Shown: positions 1-7,788, counted from the stretch's first letter. The stretch is 14,435 nt of DNA from an archaeon (GCA_035390665.1 DAOOUC010000014.1:1-14435); one strand, 5' to 3'. A program made the numbers and translations. The notes: a model not told the origin generated them from the sequence alone.

Positions 1-487
1 GCCAAACACTATAATTAACTATATATTCTTTATTTTCTTTAATAAATATAGATCTTCCTTGTGCTTTTTTTATAAATTGTTTTATAGTTATTTCTTTTAG
101 TCCTGTTTCTTTTACGATTTCTGTTATTGTTTTTTTATCAAGAGCAGTAGTTAATATTTTTATTCCAGAGTAAGGTAATATTTCAATTAGATTTTTATTT
201 ACAAGTAGTTTTCTTAATTTCAAAGCAAAAGGATATTCTGAGACAGAAAGTTTTTGTTTATCTTTAGTTATTAATTTCTCTCTTATAAGTGTACCAATCA
301 TTTCACTTATATGTGTTTTATTCATTTTAATATTTTCAAGTATTTTACTTAGTCTGTTATTTCCTTGACAGATTTCATAAAATACAAGTAATTGAGTTCT
401 CGTAAACATAAGTATATTAATATCCGAACTATATATAAATGATTCGGTTTTCAGTATATTTTTAGTAATATATTCTAATTCACTCAT
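1..487 (-). CDS. Partial (runs off left edge) winged helix-turn-helix-like protein, not in the supplied ORF track
   Basis: Reverse complement is open from ATG at 487 to the window edge: MSELEYITKNILKTESFIYSSDINILMFTRTQLLVFYEICQGNNRLSKILENIKMNKTHISEMIGTLIREKLITKDKQKLSVSEYPFALKLRKLLVNKNLIEILPYSGIKILTTALDKKTITEIVKETGLKEITIKQFIKKAQGRSIFIKENKEYIVNYSVW. Two HTH-like segments. The frame may also extend a little upstream of the ATG. Confidence 0.65.
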   Translation of the reverse strand, partial: MSELEYITKNILKTESFIYSSDINILMFTRTQLLVFYEICQGNNRLSKILENIKMNKTHISEMIGTLIREKLITKDKQKLSVSEYPFALKLRKLLVNKNLIEILPYSGIKILTTALDKKTITEIVKETGLKEITIKQFIKKAQGRSIFIKENKEYIVNYSVW

Positions 488-521
488 ACCATAAATATAT
501 AGTGTTTTATAAGGCCAGTCA

Positions 522-549
522 TTCTCGGGGGGGTAGGTGTCCAGTGGAA
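522..549 (-). repeat. Family 1 leader-like repeat, inverted copy
   Basis: Reverse complement TTCCACTGGACACCTACCCCCCCGAGAA matches the 5094-5121 copy with 2 mismatches over 28 nt. It lies 34 bp upstream of the minus-strand gene. Confidence 0.85.
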
Positions 550-585
550 CCCCTTTAGAAAAGGTGTTGCGATCCCAAAACGAAC

Positions 586-614
586 TCTGCTGGTTGCGCT
601 CGGCTCGCGCGCAA
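586..614 (+). repeat. Family 3 GC-rich repeat, copy A
   Basis: ctctgctggttgcgctcggctcgcgcgcaat, related to agagccggtttcgctcagctcgcgcgcaat at 3164-3193. GC-rich island in an AT-rich background. Confidence 0.6.
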
Positions 615-710
615 TATTTCTTTGTTGTATTTTTGAGAATTAGGTATCTAAAAATTTCAATTTCACAAAAATCTAATTAAAAACCATTCCGTCTTTTCTA
701 GTATTAACCT

Positions 711-1427
711 ATGAAACAAGAAACTCTAGAGATAGCTAACAAACAGTATAATGTAAGAATATACATAGAAAGAAGAAGAAACTCTTCCTGTTCTATTGGT
801 AAAAACATAAACATTAGACTACCCTTATTTCTATCCTCAAAAGATCAACTAGCTGAAATAGAAAGAATGAAACAATGGGCTACCAGTCAGATTCAAAAAA
901 ATCCACCAATTAGTCAAATCTTTAAAAAATACAATTCAGGAGATACAATTACCTTGGGAGAAAAAACATACACTTTAGTAATAAGCACAACAGACAAGAA
1001 AAGCAGTAGTGGGAGATTAAAAGATGATAATATAGTTTTAAAGCTCAGTTCATTAACAGAAAAGAAAAGAGAAGAAGAAACATCCAAGTTAATAAGTAAG
1101 ATAATTTCTAGAGTTAGACTTCCCTATTTACAAAAGAAGATAAGAGAATTAAACTCTAAATACTTCAATCTCCCTTTAGGAGAAATTAAGTTTAAGAATC
1201 AGAAGACTCGGTGGGGCAGTTGTTCACAGAAGAGAAACATAAACATCTCCACTAGATTGATTTTAGCACCAGAAGATGTTCTTGAATACGTTTGCATTCA
1301 CGAACTTGCTCACCTTAAGGAATACAACCATTCAGAAGCCTTTTGGTCCATCATCCGTTCCATTGATCCCAGTTATAAGGATAAGCACAAGTGGTTGAAG
1401 AAGAATGGTAAAGAGCTAGTGATTTAA
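711..1427 (+). CDS. YgjP/SprT-like zinc metallopeptidase (M48-family-like metal-dependent hydrolase)
   Basis: C-terminal KTRWGSCSQKRNINISTRLILAPEDVLEYVCIHELAHLKEYNHSEAFWSIIRSIDPSYKDKHKWLKKNG is the YgjP-type signature (WGSC, HELAH, NHS.xFW). Confidence 0.9.
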   Translation: MKQETLEIANKQYNVRIYIERRRNSSCSIGKNINIRLPLFLSSKDQLAEIERMKQWATSQIQKNPPISQIFKKYNSGDTITLGEKTYTLVISTTDKKSSSGRLKDDNIVLKLSSLTEKKREEETSKLISKIISRVRLPYLQKKIRELNSKYFNLPLGEIKFKNQKTRWGSCSQKRNINISTRLILAPEDVLEYVCIHELAHLKEYNHSEAFWSIIRSIDPSYKDKHKWLKKNGKELVI

Positions 1428-1431
1428 TACT

Positions 1432-1475
1432 TGGGGGTACAACTTTATTTTAATTGTGTACACTAGTGGGCACAA
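1432..1475 (+). repeat. Family 2 leader-like repeat, copy 1
   Basis: tgggggtacaactttattttaattgtgtacactagtgggcacaa, 41/44 identical and ungapped to 7745-7788. Confidence 0.9.
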
Positions 1476-1515
1476 AAACTATCGTGATTAGAATCGCCGA
1501 AATGAATCAATTATC

Positions 1516-1529
1516 GCGATTTAAATCGC
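1516..1529. promoter_or_regulatory. Perfect 14-bp palindrome GCGATTTAAATCGC, candidate operator
   Basis: Exact dyad located 34 bp upstream of the likely ATG (1564) of the ATPase gene. Function inferred only. Confidence 0.4.
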
Positions 1530-1563
1530 AGTATATTTAAACCTTTTGTTACCTATATATCTT

Positions 1564-2802
1564 ATGGAAGCAAATATTATCAAAGATATTTTAAATTATA
1601 GCTCTAATAATCTTGAGGACTTTACAGAATCTCAAAGATTTATATTTACTGATATAGAAAGTAAAGTAAATCATTTTTTCAAAAAGCGTGGACTAAATAT
1701 AATACTAATAACTGGACTTAGAGGTACAGGAAAAACCACGATATTAAAAACCATTGCAAAGAAATATGATGGATTGTATACTAGTGGTGATTTTCTAAAA
1801 ACCAAAGTAGTGGATATTCCAAATTTGACTGAAATTTCTAAGGCTTATGATAAAAAGATAATAGTTATTGACGAAGTGCTATATTTAACTGATTGGCAAA
1901 TAAAACTTAAAATAGAAGCAGATACTAATCAAAACATATTATATATAATCTCTGGTTCTTCAGCTATGCAGTTAAAGAAGATATCTCAAGATCTTTCAAG
2001 AAGATTAGATACCTACAGATTAAACCCATTATCTTTTAGAGAATATTTAGTTTTGAAAAATAATTTAAATCTTGAACAAGAAATTAGCTTTTCTAGTTTT
2101 TTAAATAAAGATCAAGAAAAGTTATTTCTAGAGTTGTCTTCAATAAAGCAACAATTACCTAAAAATCTTTATTCTTTGTTTAAATCATATTATGAAGATC
2201 AACTACCTTATCTTTTAGAAGAAAGTAATAAAAAAGACAAGATAAGACAATTAGTAGAAAAAGTAATCTATAAGGACATGCCACAAATTGATAATCTATA
2301 TACTGAACAATTAAAAAATGCAGAAATAATTATTAAGTTTTTAAGTTCTGCAGAAAAGATAAACTATACTAGTATTTCAACCAACTTAGGAGTAAAAAGA
2401 GACATGGTTGTTAAGATTATTGATCTTTTAGAGAAATCAGATTTATTATATATAGTTCAAGACGTAGTTCCAACAAGAGAACTTAGAAGTAATAAGAAGA
2501 TTTTATTTTCCTCTCCAGGAATAAGAATTGCTTTAAACGAGGTAAATGAAAGCTCAATTATTGGTTTTTCAAGAGAAGACATGTTTGGGTTGATACTAAA
2601 GAACTCAGGCATTAAATTTGCATACAACTACAAGCAAGACGGTTATGATTATCTAGTAAAGACTGTTAAATTTGAGATAGGCAAGAACAAGACCAAGAAC
2701 AGTATAAGCAAAGGCACCATAGTCGTAGGCGATTACTTAGACGTAGAATACAAAAATCACACCCTTTACATTCCAATGTACTTATTCTCCCTAATCAACT
2801 GA
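1564..2802 (+). CDS. ATP-binding protein, AAA/DUF4143-type ATPase
   Basis: Walker A GLRGTGKTT, Walker B-like KKIIVIDEVLYL, sensor IIYIISGSSA and the LSFREYLVL segment are typical of DUF4143 ATPases. The supplied ORF begins at TTG 1546; an ATG lies in frame at 1564. Confidence 0.88.
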   Translation: MEANIIKDILNYSSNNLEDFTESQRFIFTDIESKVNHFFKKRGLNIILITGLRGTGKTTILKTIAKKYDGLYTSGDFLKTKVVDIPNLTEISKAYDKKIIVIDEVLYLTDWQIKLKIEADTNQNILYIISGSSAMQLKKISQDLSRRLDTYRLNPLSFREYLVLKNNLNLEQEISFSSFLNKDQEKLFLELSSIKQQLPKNLYSLFKSYYEDQLPYLLEESNKKDKIRQLVEKVIYKDMPQIDNLYTEQLKNAEIIIKFLSSAEKINYTSISTNLGVKRDMVVKIIDLLEKSDLLYIVQDVVPTRELRSNKKILFSSPGIRIALNEVNESSIIGFSREDMFGLILKNSGIKFAYNYKQDGYDYLVKTVKFEIGKNKTKNSISKGTIVVGDYLDVEYKNHTLYIPMYLFSLIN

Positions 2803-2882
2803 GCTGAGCCGGTTTCGGTCACGCCCAGAAAATTCATTTTCTGGCGTCCCAGAAGCTAAGCTTCTATGAGCTCGCGCCCAAT
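2801..2882 (+). repeat. Family 3 GC-rich repeat, copy B, split by a nested hairpin-rich segment
   Basis: gagctgagccggtttcggtc ... gagctcgcgcccaat, with inner ACGCC(C)AGAAAAT-tc-ATTTTCTGGCGT (2821-2847) and AGAAGCT-a-AGCTTCT (2851-2865). Confidence 0.65.
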
Positions 2883-3080
2883 GGCGAAAGAATAAGAGAA
2901 GAAGAAACATCCAAGTTAATAAGTAAGATAATAGCAAGAGAAAGACTTTCCTATTTACAAAAGAAGATAAGAGAATTAAACACCCAATACTTCAATCTCC
3001 CTTTAGGAGAAATTAAGTTTAAGAATCAGAAGACTCGGGTGTGGGCAGTTGTTCACAGAAGAGAAACATAAACCTCTCCA

Positions 3081-3112
3081 GGAGCTGGTTTCGGTCAGCT
3101 CGCCCCCAGTGG
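3081..3112 (+). repeat. Family 3 GC-rich repeat, copy C, inside the pseudogene
   Basis: ggagctggtttcggtcagctcgcccccagtgg, containing the hairpin GAGCTG-gtttcggt-CAGCTC. Replaces the segment 'actagattgatttta' of the intact copy. Confidence 0.7.
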
Positions 3113-3163
3113 TTGCACCAGAATCTGTTCTTGAATACGTTTGCATTCACGAGTTAGCCCACC

Positions 3164-3193
3164 AGAGCCGGTTTCGCTCAGCTCGCGCGCAAT
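3164..3193 (+). repeat. Family 3 GC-rich repeat, copy D, inside the pseudogene
   Basis: agagccggtttcgctcagctcgcgcgcaat replaces the sequence that encodes LKEYNHSEA in the intact copy. Confidence 0.7.
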
Positions 3194-3411
3194 AGTCTCT
3201 CTAGACTTCTGGTCCATCATCCGTTCCATCGACCCCAGTTACAAAGACAAGCACAAGTGGTTGAAGAAGAACGGTAAAGACCTCGTCATTTAAGAAATTT
3301 CTATAGTTCACTTTGTGGGGCAAGAGAACCAGAGAAGAAATAAGAATTTTCTATGGTAAAAGGAATGTTTTTAAAGAGTTTTTAGTTATAAGTTTATTAA
3401 TCGGTGAAACT

Positions 3412-3588
3412 ATGAAAGTATATATCTTAAGTGATACAGAAAACTTATTCTCAAAAGAAAAGAAAGAATTATTAGAAAGTAAATTAGAAGTAGTTTACAT
3501 AAGAGAAATAAAACCCTCAAATTTTGTGAAATTGACGATTTTTGAGAAAAAGTTGAGTTTTTACAAAAAAACCACAGAACCTATTTAA
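3412..3588 (+). CDS. Short hypothetical ORF, possibly a truncated gene remnant
   Basis: Internal ATG of the supplied 3313-3588 ORF gives MKVYILSDTENLFSKEKKELLESKLEVVYIREIKP..., a plausible protein N-terminus. The remaining sequence is short and low-complexity. Confidence 0.3.
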   Translation: MKVYILSDTENLFSKEKKELLESKLEVVYIREIKPSNFVKLTIFEKKLSFYKKTTEPI

Positions 3589-3993
3589 TCTTTCTCTAGT
3601 TCTTTTGTTTTATCTACAGAAAAGAAAATTAACCACAGAATCTAACTTAATCTTAATCTAACTTTATCTTCATCTTTATCTTTAAACTATTAGATATGAT
3701 TTATTTACATTTATAAAAATACCAATTTTCTTAACTTATATGCGGCTTCTTTTGCTTTTTAATTAAATAACTAAATACTAATGCTTACTATTTAATTTCT
3801 ATACAAAACCTTAAAAGAAAGAAAAAACTAAATAAATAAAAAGAATGTTTCTACCTCTCTATTAGTGTTCTTTAGTTATCTTTTCCAAAAAAACTACTAA
3901 CAATATAAAATTTAAAACCTAATTCTTTCTAATAAGAACTAAAACTTAAATAAAAGGCTTAAAACACATAACAAATACCTATTTACTTGAAGA

Positions 3994-4075
3994 TTTTGTA
4001 AAATCGCAAAATCTTGGACATTTTTAGATAGTTTCACAAATAATTTCGCAGTGGACAACTACCCCCCCGAAAACA
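3994..4075 (+). repeat. 82-bp direct repeat, left copy (includes a family 1 motif)
   Basis: Ungapped match to 5041-5122 with 11 mismatches over 82 nt by hand alignment. Confidence 0.9.
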
Positions 4076-4141
4076 CCCCTTGTTTAAGACACAGATATAT
4101 AATATAAATGTTAACTTTAATAATATTTAGAGAGGGAACTA

Positions 4142-5029
4142 ATGAAAAATAAAGAGAAAGTAATAATTCTAAATTATTGTGCATATAGTGCAATTGGCCG
4201 GATTTGTTTAAGATTTCCTAAAGAAATCAAAGGATTATTGAAGATTGTAAAGTATTCTAAAGATAAACAAGAGATTATTGCTAAAGTAAATATCTTAAAT
4301 AAGCAGTTAGTTCCATTAATTTTAGTTTTATTGAATAATCTAAAAGAAATCAATTGTTCTAAGTTAAATTATTTATTTCTGGAAAACGATTATTTAGAAA
4401 AATATTTTGAAAAAATAATGTTAAATAAAAAACTCAATAAAAAAGACAAATTAATTAATGAGTATATTTCTCAATTATTTAAAATCCCTAAAGCCACTAA
4501 CATTAACCAACTACGGTTAAAAAAATTAACGACTTTTATTAATAACTGTAATTTATTAGATAAACCAAAATGGAGGAAATTAAAATTTATATTTTTAAAA
4601 TCCATAAAAGGAGTATCTTGCGGTTATGGTAATTTTAATTATGTAATTATTGAATCTAACATCTTTCCAGAACAGCTAATTATACATGAAGTAATACATA
4701 ATTATAATCAAAAACAAAAATTTAGAACCAAAAATACAATGGAATTTGAAGAAATATTTACCAATGTTATTTCTCAAGCAATTTATTGTAAATATAAGAG
4801 AAAGCCAGTTGTTTTTGATAAGTACTATTATTCTACAAAAAAAGAACAGCAATTGGAAGAGGAATTACGGATGTGTTATTTTGAATGGATTAAACAATCA
4901 AATCCTAATTTTCTAGATTATTTAGAAGAAAGTGGAAAGATATTCATTGGTAAAGATAGAATCACTTGGACCTTTAATGATAATTTAAAGTTTAAGAAAC
5001 TAGTTAAAGAATCTATAAAGGTAAAATAA
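4142..5029 (+). CDS. Hypothetical protein with a putative HExxH metallopeptidase motif
   Basis: 295-aa ORF with FPEQLIIHEVIHNYNQ followed by EFEEIFTNVISQAI, a gluzincin-like HExxH...E layout. No confident family recognised. Confidence 0.7.
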   Translation: MKNKEKVIILNYCAYSAIGRICLRFPKEIKGLLKIVKYSKDKQEIIAKVNILNKQLVPLILVLLNNLKEINCSKLNYLFLENDYLEKYFEKIMLNKKLNKKDKLINEYISQLFKIPKATNINQLRLKKLTTFINNCNLLDKPKWRKLKFIFLKSIKGVSCGYGNFNYVIIESNIFPEQLIIHEVIHNYNQKQKFRTKNTMEFEEIFTNVISQAIYCKYKRKPVVFDKYYYSTKKEQQLEEELRMCYFEWIKQSNPNFLDYLEESGKIFIGKDRITWTFNDNLKFKKLVKESIKVK

Positions 5030-5040
5030 ACTAATTCTAT

Positions 5041-5122
5041 TTTTGTAAAATCGCAAAATCTTAAACATTTTTTTATAGTTTAACAAATGGTTTTCCACTG
5101 GACAGCTACCCCCCCGAAAACA
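5041..5122 (+). repeat. 82-bp direct repeat, right copy (includes a family 1 motif)
   Basis: ttttgtaaaatcgcaaaatcttaaacatttttttatagtttaacaaatggttttccactggacagctacccccccgaaaaca versus 3994-4075. Confidence 0.9.
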
Positions 5123-5147
5123 ACCCGGCTTCTACTACTATATATTA

Positions 5148-6113
5148 TTGGTGGAAGGTCTGAACGAAAATAATAGTTTAATTGTTCCAGATAATATAAA
5201 TCACAAGATTCATGCAATTAGAGGAGTTCAGGTAATGCTTGATAGCGATCTTGCAGAACTGTATGGAGTTAGCACAGGTAGACTGAATGAAGCAGTTAAA
5301 AGAAATATAGATAGATTTCCCGAGGATTTCATGTTTCAATTAACGCAAAAAGAATGCGAAATCTTAAAGTCGCAATTTGCGATATCAAGTTTGGGTAATG
5401 TTAATAATTTCCCTGTAAATACTAGTAATAACGCTAATCGTTCGATATCGCAATTTGCGATATCAAAGAATGACAGAGGTGGAAGACAAAAATTACCATT
5501 CGTTTTTACTGAACAAGGCGTTGCTATGCTTTCTGGAGTTCTTAAGAGCGAAAGAGCAATAAAAGTTAATATCTTTATTATGAGAGCATTTGTAGCTATG
5601 AGACAATTTATACAAGAAAATGCAGGGCTATTTCAAAGAGTTGATAGTCTTGAAATAAAACAAATTAAAACAGATAAAAATATTAAAATGATCTTTAGTG
5701 CTATGGCAGATAAAAATATTTTCAAAAAACAAAAAATTCTTTTTGATAATCAAATATTTGATGCTTACAAGTTTGTTAATGATATACTAAAAAAGGCAAA
5801 GAAATCAATAATTCTTATTGATAATTACATAGATGAATCAGTGCTAATACTTTTTTCAGAAATAAAGAATGTAAAGATTATTATATATACTGAAAATATA
5901 ACAGATAAATTAAAACTTGACCTTGAGAAATATAATCAACAATATTCAAATATAGAAATAAGAAAATTCAAGAAATGTCACGATAGATTCTTGATAATTG
6001 ACAATAAAGAAATCTATCATTTTGGAGCATCAATCAAAGACCTTGGAAAGAAGTGGTTTGCTTTCTCTAAGATGGATAAAGAGTCATTAAAATTATTACA
6101 AAAATTGGAATAA
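5148..6113 (+). CDS. ORF6N domain-containing protein (KilA-N/ORF6N family) with a PLD-like C-terminal region
   Basis: IHAIRGVQVMLDSDLAELYGVSTGRLNEAVKRNIDRFPEDFMFQLT and GGRQKLPFVFTEQGVAMLSGVLKSERAIKVNIFIMRAFVAMRQF are characteristic of ORF6N. C-terminus IILIDNYIDESVL...HDRFLIIDN...FGASIKDLG resembles a single phospholipase D-like half-site. Start uncertain (TTG 5148 or GTG 5151). Confidence 0.88.
   Translation: MVEGLNENNSLIVPDNINHKIHAIRGVQVMLDSDLAELYGVSTGRLNEAVKRNIDRFPEDFMFQLTQKECEILKSQFAISSLGNVNNFPVNTSNNANRSISQFAISKNDRGGRQKLPFVFTEQGVAMLSGVLKSERAIKVNIFIMRAFVAMRQFIQENAGLFQRVDSLEIKQIKTDKNIKMIFSAMADKNIFKKQKILFDNQIFDAYKFVNDILKKAKKSIILIDNYIDESVLILFSEIKNVKIIIYTENITDKLKLDLEKYNQQYSNIEIRKFKKCHDRFLIIDNKEIYHFGASIKDLGKKWFAFSKMDKESLKLLQKLE
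5370..5466 (+). repeat. Intragenic duplicated palindromic segment
   Basis: tcgcaatttgcgatatcaa occurs at 5370-5388 and 5448-5466, 78 nt apart (26 codons), encoding SQFAIS twice. The second copy lies within the 21-nt dyad GATATCGCAA-T-TTGCGATATC (5444-5464). Confidence 0.85.
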
Positions 6114-6124
6114 ATTTAGATTAT

Positions 6125-7702
6125 CTATTTTTTAATTTCCTTCCCTCTTAAGAGCTTGTTGTAGGTGATGGCAAACCTATGGGCTTCATCTCTAATTCTT
6201 TGAAGTAATTGAAGAGATTGTTCTTTTTTGCTTAGTTTTATAGAAAACAGTTGCTCTGGTTTAAAAATTTCTTCTTCTCTTTTTGCAAGACCAATAATTT
6301 CGGTCTTTTCAAAAACATTAAGTTCTTTAAGAACAGAAACTGCAGAAGAAAGTTGACCTTTTCCACCATCAATAACAATTAAATCCGGTAGTTCTTTATT
6401 TTCTTTAATCAAACGATAGTATCTTCTTCTTACAACTTCTGAAATGCTTGAAAAGTCATCAATCTTTCCGTTATCCAAGGTTTTTATTTTAAATTTCCTG
6501 TAATTACTTTTGCTTGGCAAACCATCTTTAAAACAAACCATTGAGCCGACTGTCAGGGTTCCAGAAAGATGAGAAATATCAAAACATTCTATGGTTCTTG
6601 GAAGTTTTTTAAGTTTTAATTTCTTTTGTAAGTCTATAAGTGTTAATTCTTCTTTAAAGAAAGTAATTTCAATATTCTTAAAACAAAGATCAAGAAGTTC
6701 TTTCTTCTCTCCTTTTTGTGGTATTGTAATAATTATTTTTTCTTTCTTTTGATCTTCAAGATATTTTTCTGTTTCTTCTAAAACAGAAGAAGGTATAATT
6801 ATTTCTTTAGGAATAAAATTACTAGAATAATATTTGATTAAAAAATCATCAAGAACAGAAATATCTACTAAAGAGTTATCAATAATAAATTCTTTTTTAT
6901 TAACAAGTGTTCCTTTATCAATGTTGAACAAAAGTAAATATATCTTGTTATCTTTAGCAATGTAATTAATAATATCTTGATCAAATTTAACTTGTCTTTC
7001 CATTGTTTGTTTTTGTGTTAAGTAATCAATGGCAGTTATCTGATTTCTTAGTGTTAGTGCTTTCTCAAAATCTTGATTTCTAGAATAAAGTTCCATATCT
7101 TTTTTTAATTCAGGTAAAAGTTCTTGAGATTTACCAAGTAAAATCAGCTTAACTGTTTCAATTGTTTTAGAATAGTCTTCTTTAGTAATGTTACCAATAC
7201 AAGGAGCAGAGCAATAACCAATATGAAATCTAGTACAAGGAGTTTTTGGTAGTCTTTTACAAGTTCTTAATTTAAATTCTTTATTTAGGTATCTAATTAT
7301 TTCTGTTCTTGCTTTGCCAGAAACAAAAGGACCAAACACATTGTCGTCTTTACCGCTTGGCTTTTCTCTTAGTGTTAATAATCTAGGGTAGTTTTCTTTA
7401 GTTACTTGAATATAAGCATATCTTTGCCCATTTTTAAGATCAATGTTATACTTTGGTTGATGTTTTTTAATTAATGTGTTTTCAAGAATAAAAGCTTCAA
7501 GTTCATTGTTAGTAACAATGAAATCCACAGAAAAGATATTTGAAACAAGAGCACTAGTTTTTGCGCCTTGTTCTTTATTTAAAAAATAAGAAGAAATTCT
7601 TTTCTTAAGATTTTTTGCTTTACCAATATATATAATATTCCCACTTTTATCTTTGTAGATGTAACAACCAGGACAATTAGGGATATTTTCTAGATTAATC
7701 AT
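6125..7702 (-). CDS. uvrC: Excinuclease ABC subunit C
   Basis: GIY-YIG start PGCYIYKDKSGNIIYIGKAKNLKKRISSYF, FGPF, C-rich LCKRLPKTPCTRFHIGYCSAPC, ECFDISHLSGT, IDGGKGQLSSAVSVL, RDEAHRFAITYNK. Confidence 0.96.
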   Translation of the reverse strand: MINLENIPNCPGCYIYKDKSGNIIYIGKAKNLKKRISSYFLNKEQGAKTSALVSNIFSVDFIVTNNELEAFILENTLIKKHQPKYNIDLKNGQRYAYIQVTKENYPRLLTLREKPSGKDDNVFGPFVSGKARTEIIRYLNKEFKLRTCKRLPKTPCTRFHIGYCSAPCIGNITKEDYSKTIETVKLILLGKSQELLPELKKDMELYSRNQDFEKALTLRNQITAIDYLTQKQTMERQVKFDQDIINYIAKDNKIYLLLFNIDKGTLVNKKEFIIDNSLVDISVLDDFLIKYYSSNFIPKEIIIPSSVLEETEKYLEDQKKEKIIITIPQKGEKKELLDLCFKNIEITFFKEELTLIDLQKKLKLKKLPRTIECFDISHLSGTLTVGSMVCFKDGLPSKSNYRKFKIKTLDNGKIDDFSSISEVVRRRYYRLIKENKELPDLIVIDGGKGQLSSAVSVLKELNVFEKTEIIGLAKREEEIFKPEQLFSIKLSKKEQSLQLLQRIRDEAHRFAITYNKLLRGKEIKK

Positions 7703-7744
7703 AAATATAATTAATATCTAAAAGATATTAAAAACTGCTTCTTT

Positions 7745-7788
7745 TGGGGGTACAACCTTATTTTAATTGTATACACTAGTGGGTACAA
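7745..7788 (+). repeat. Family 2 leader-like repeat, copy 2
   Basis: tgggggtacaaccttattttaattgtatacactagtgggtacaa. A partial echo (ttgtatacacta) recurs at 7800-7811. Confidence 0.9.

Larger units (their letters stand above)
2892..3293 (+). pseudogene. Broken 3' copy of the YgjP-like metallopeptidase gene
   Basis: Long near-identical nucleotide stretches to 1067-1427 (e.g. agagaagaagaaacatccaagttaataagtaagata; ttcttgaatacgtttgcattcacga). The copy is frameshifted by cggtggggcag -> cgggtgtgggcag and by two GC-rich replacements. Confidence 0.9.

Noticed and set aside
547-568. Possible hairpin aaccccttt-agaa-aaggtgtt as terminator
   Set aside because: The stem has a mismatch and no U-tract follows; too weak to call.
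3313-3411. N-terminal extension MWGKRTREEIRIFYGKRNVFKEFLVISLLIGET of the 91-aa ORF
   Set aside because: It starts just past the pseudogene end and looks like read-through of non-coding sequence; the ATG at 3412 gives a more protein-like start.
3994-5122. Classical integron attC sites
   Set aside because: The layout is cassette-like, but I could not identify convincing GTTRRRY/RYYYAAC core sites and there is no integrase in the window.
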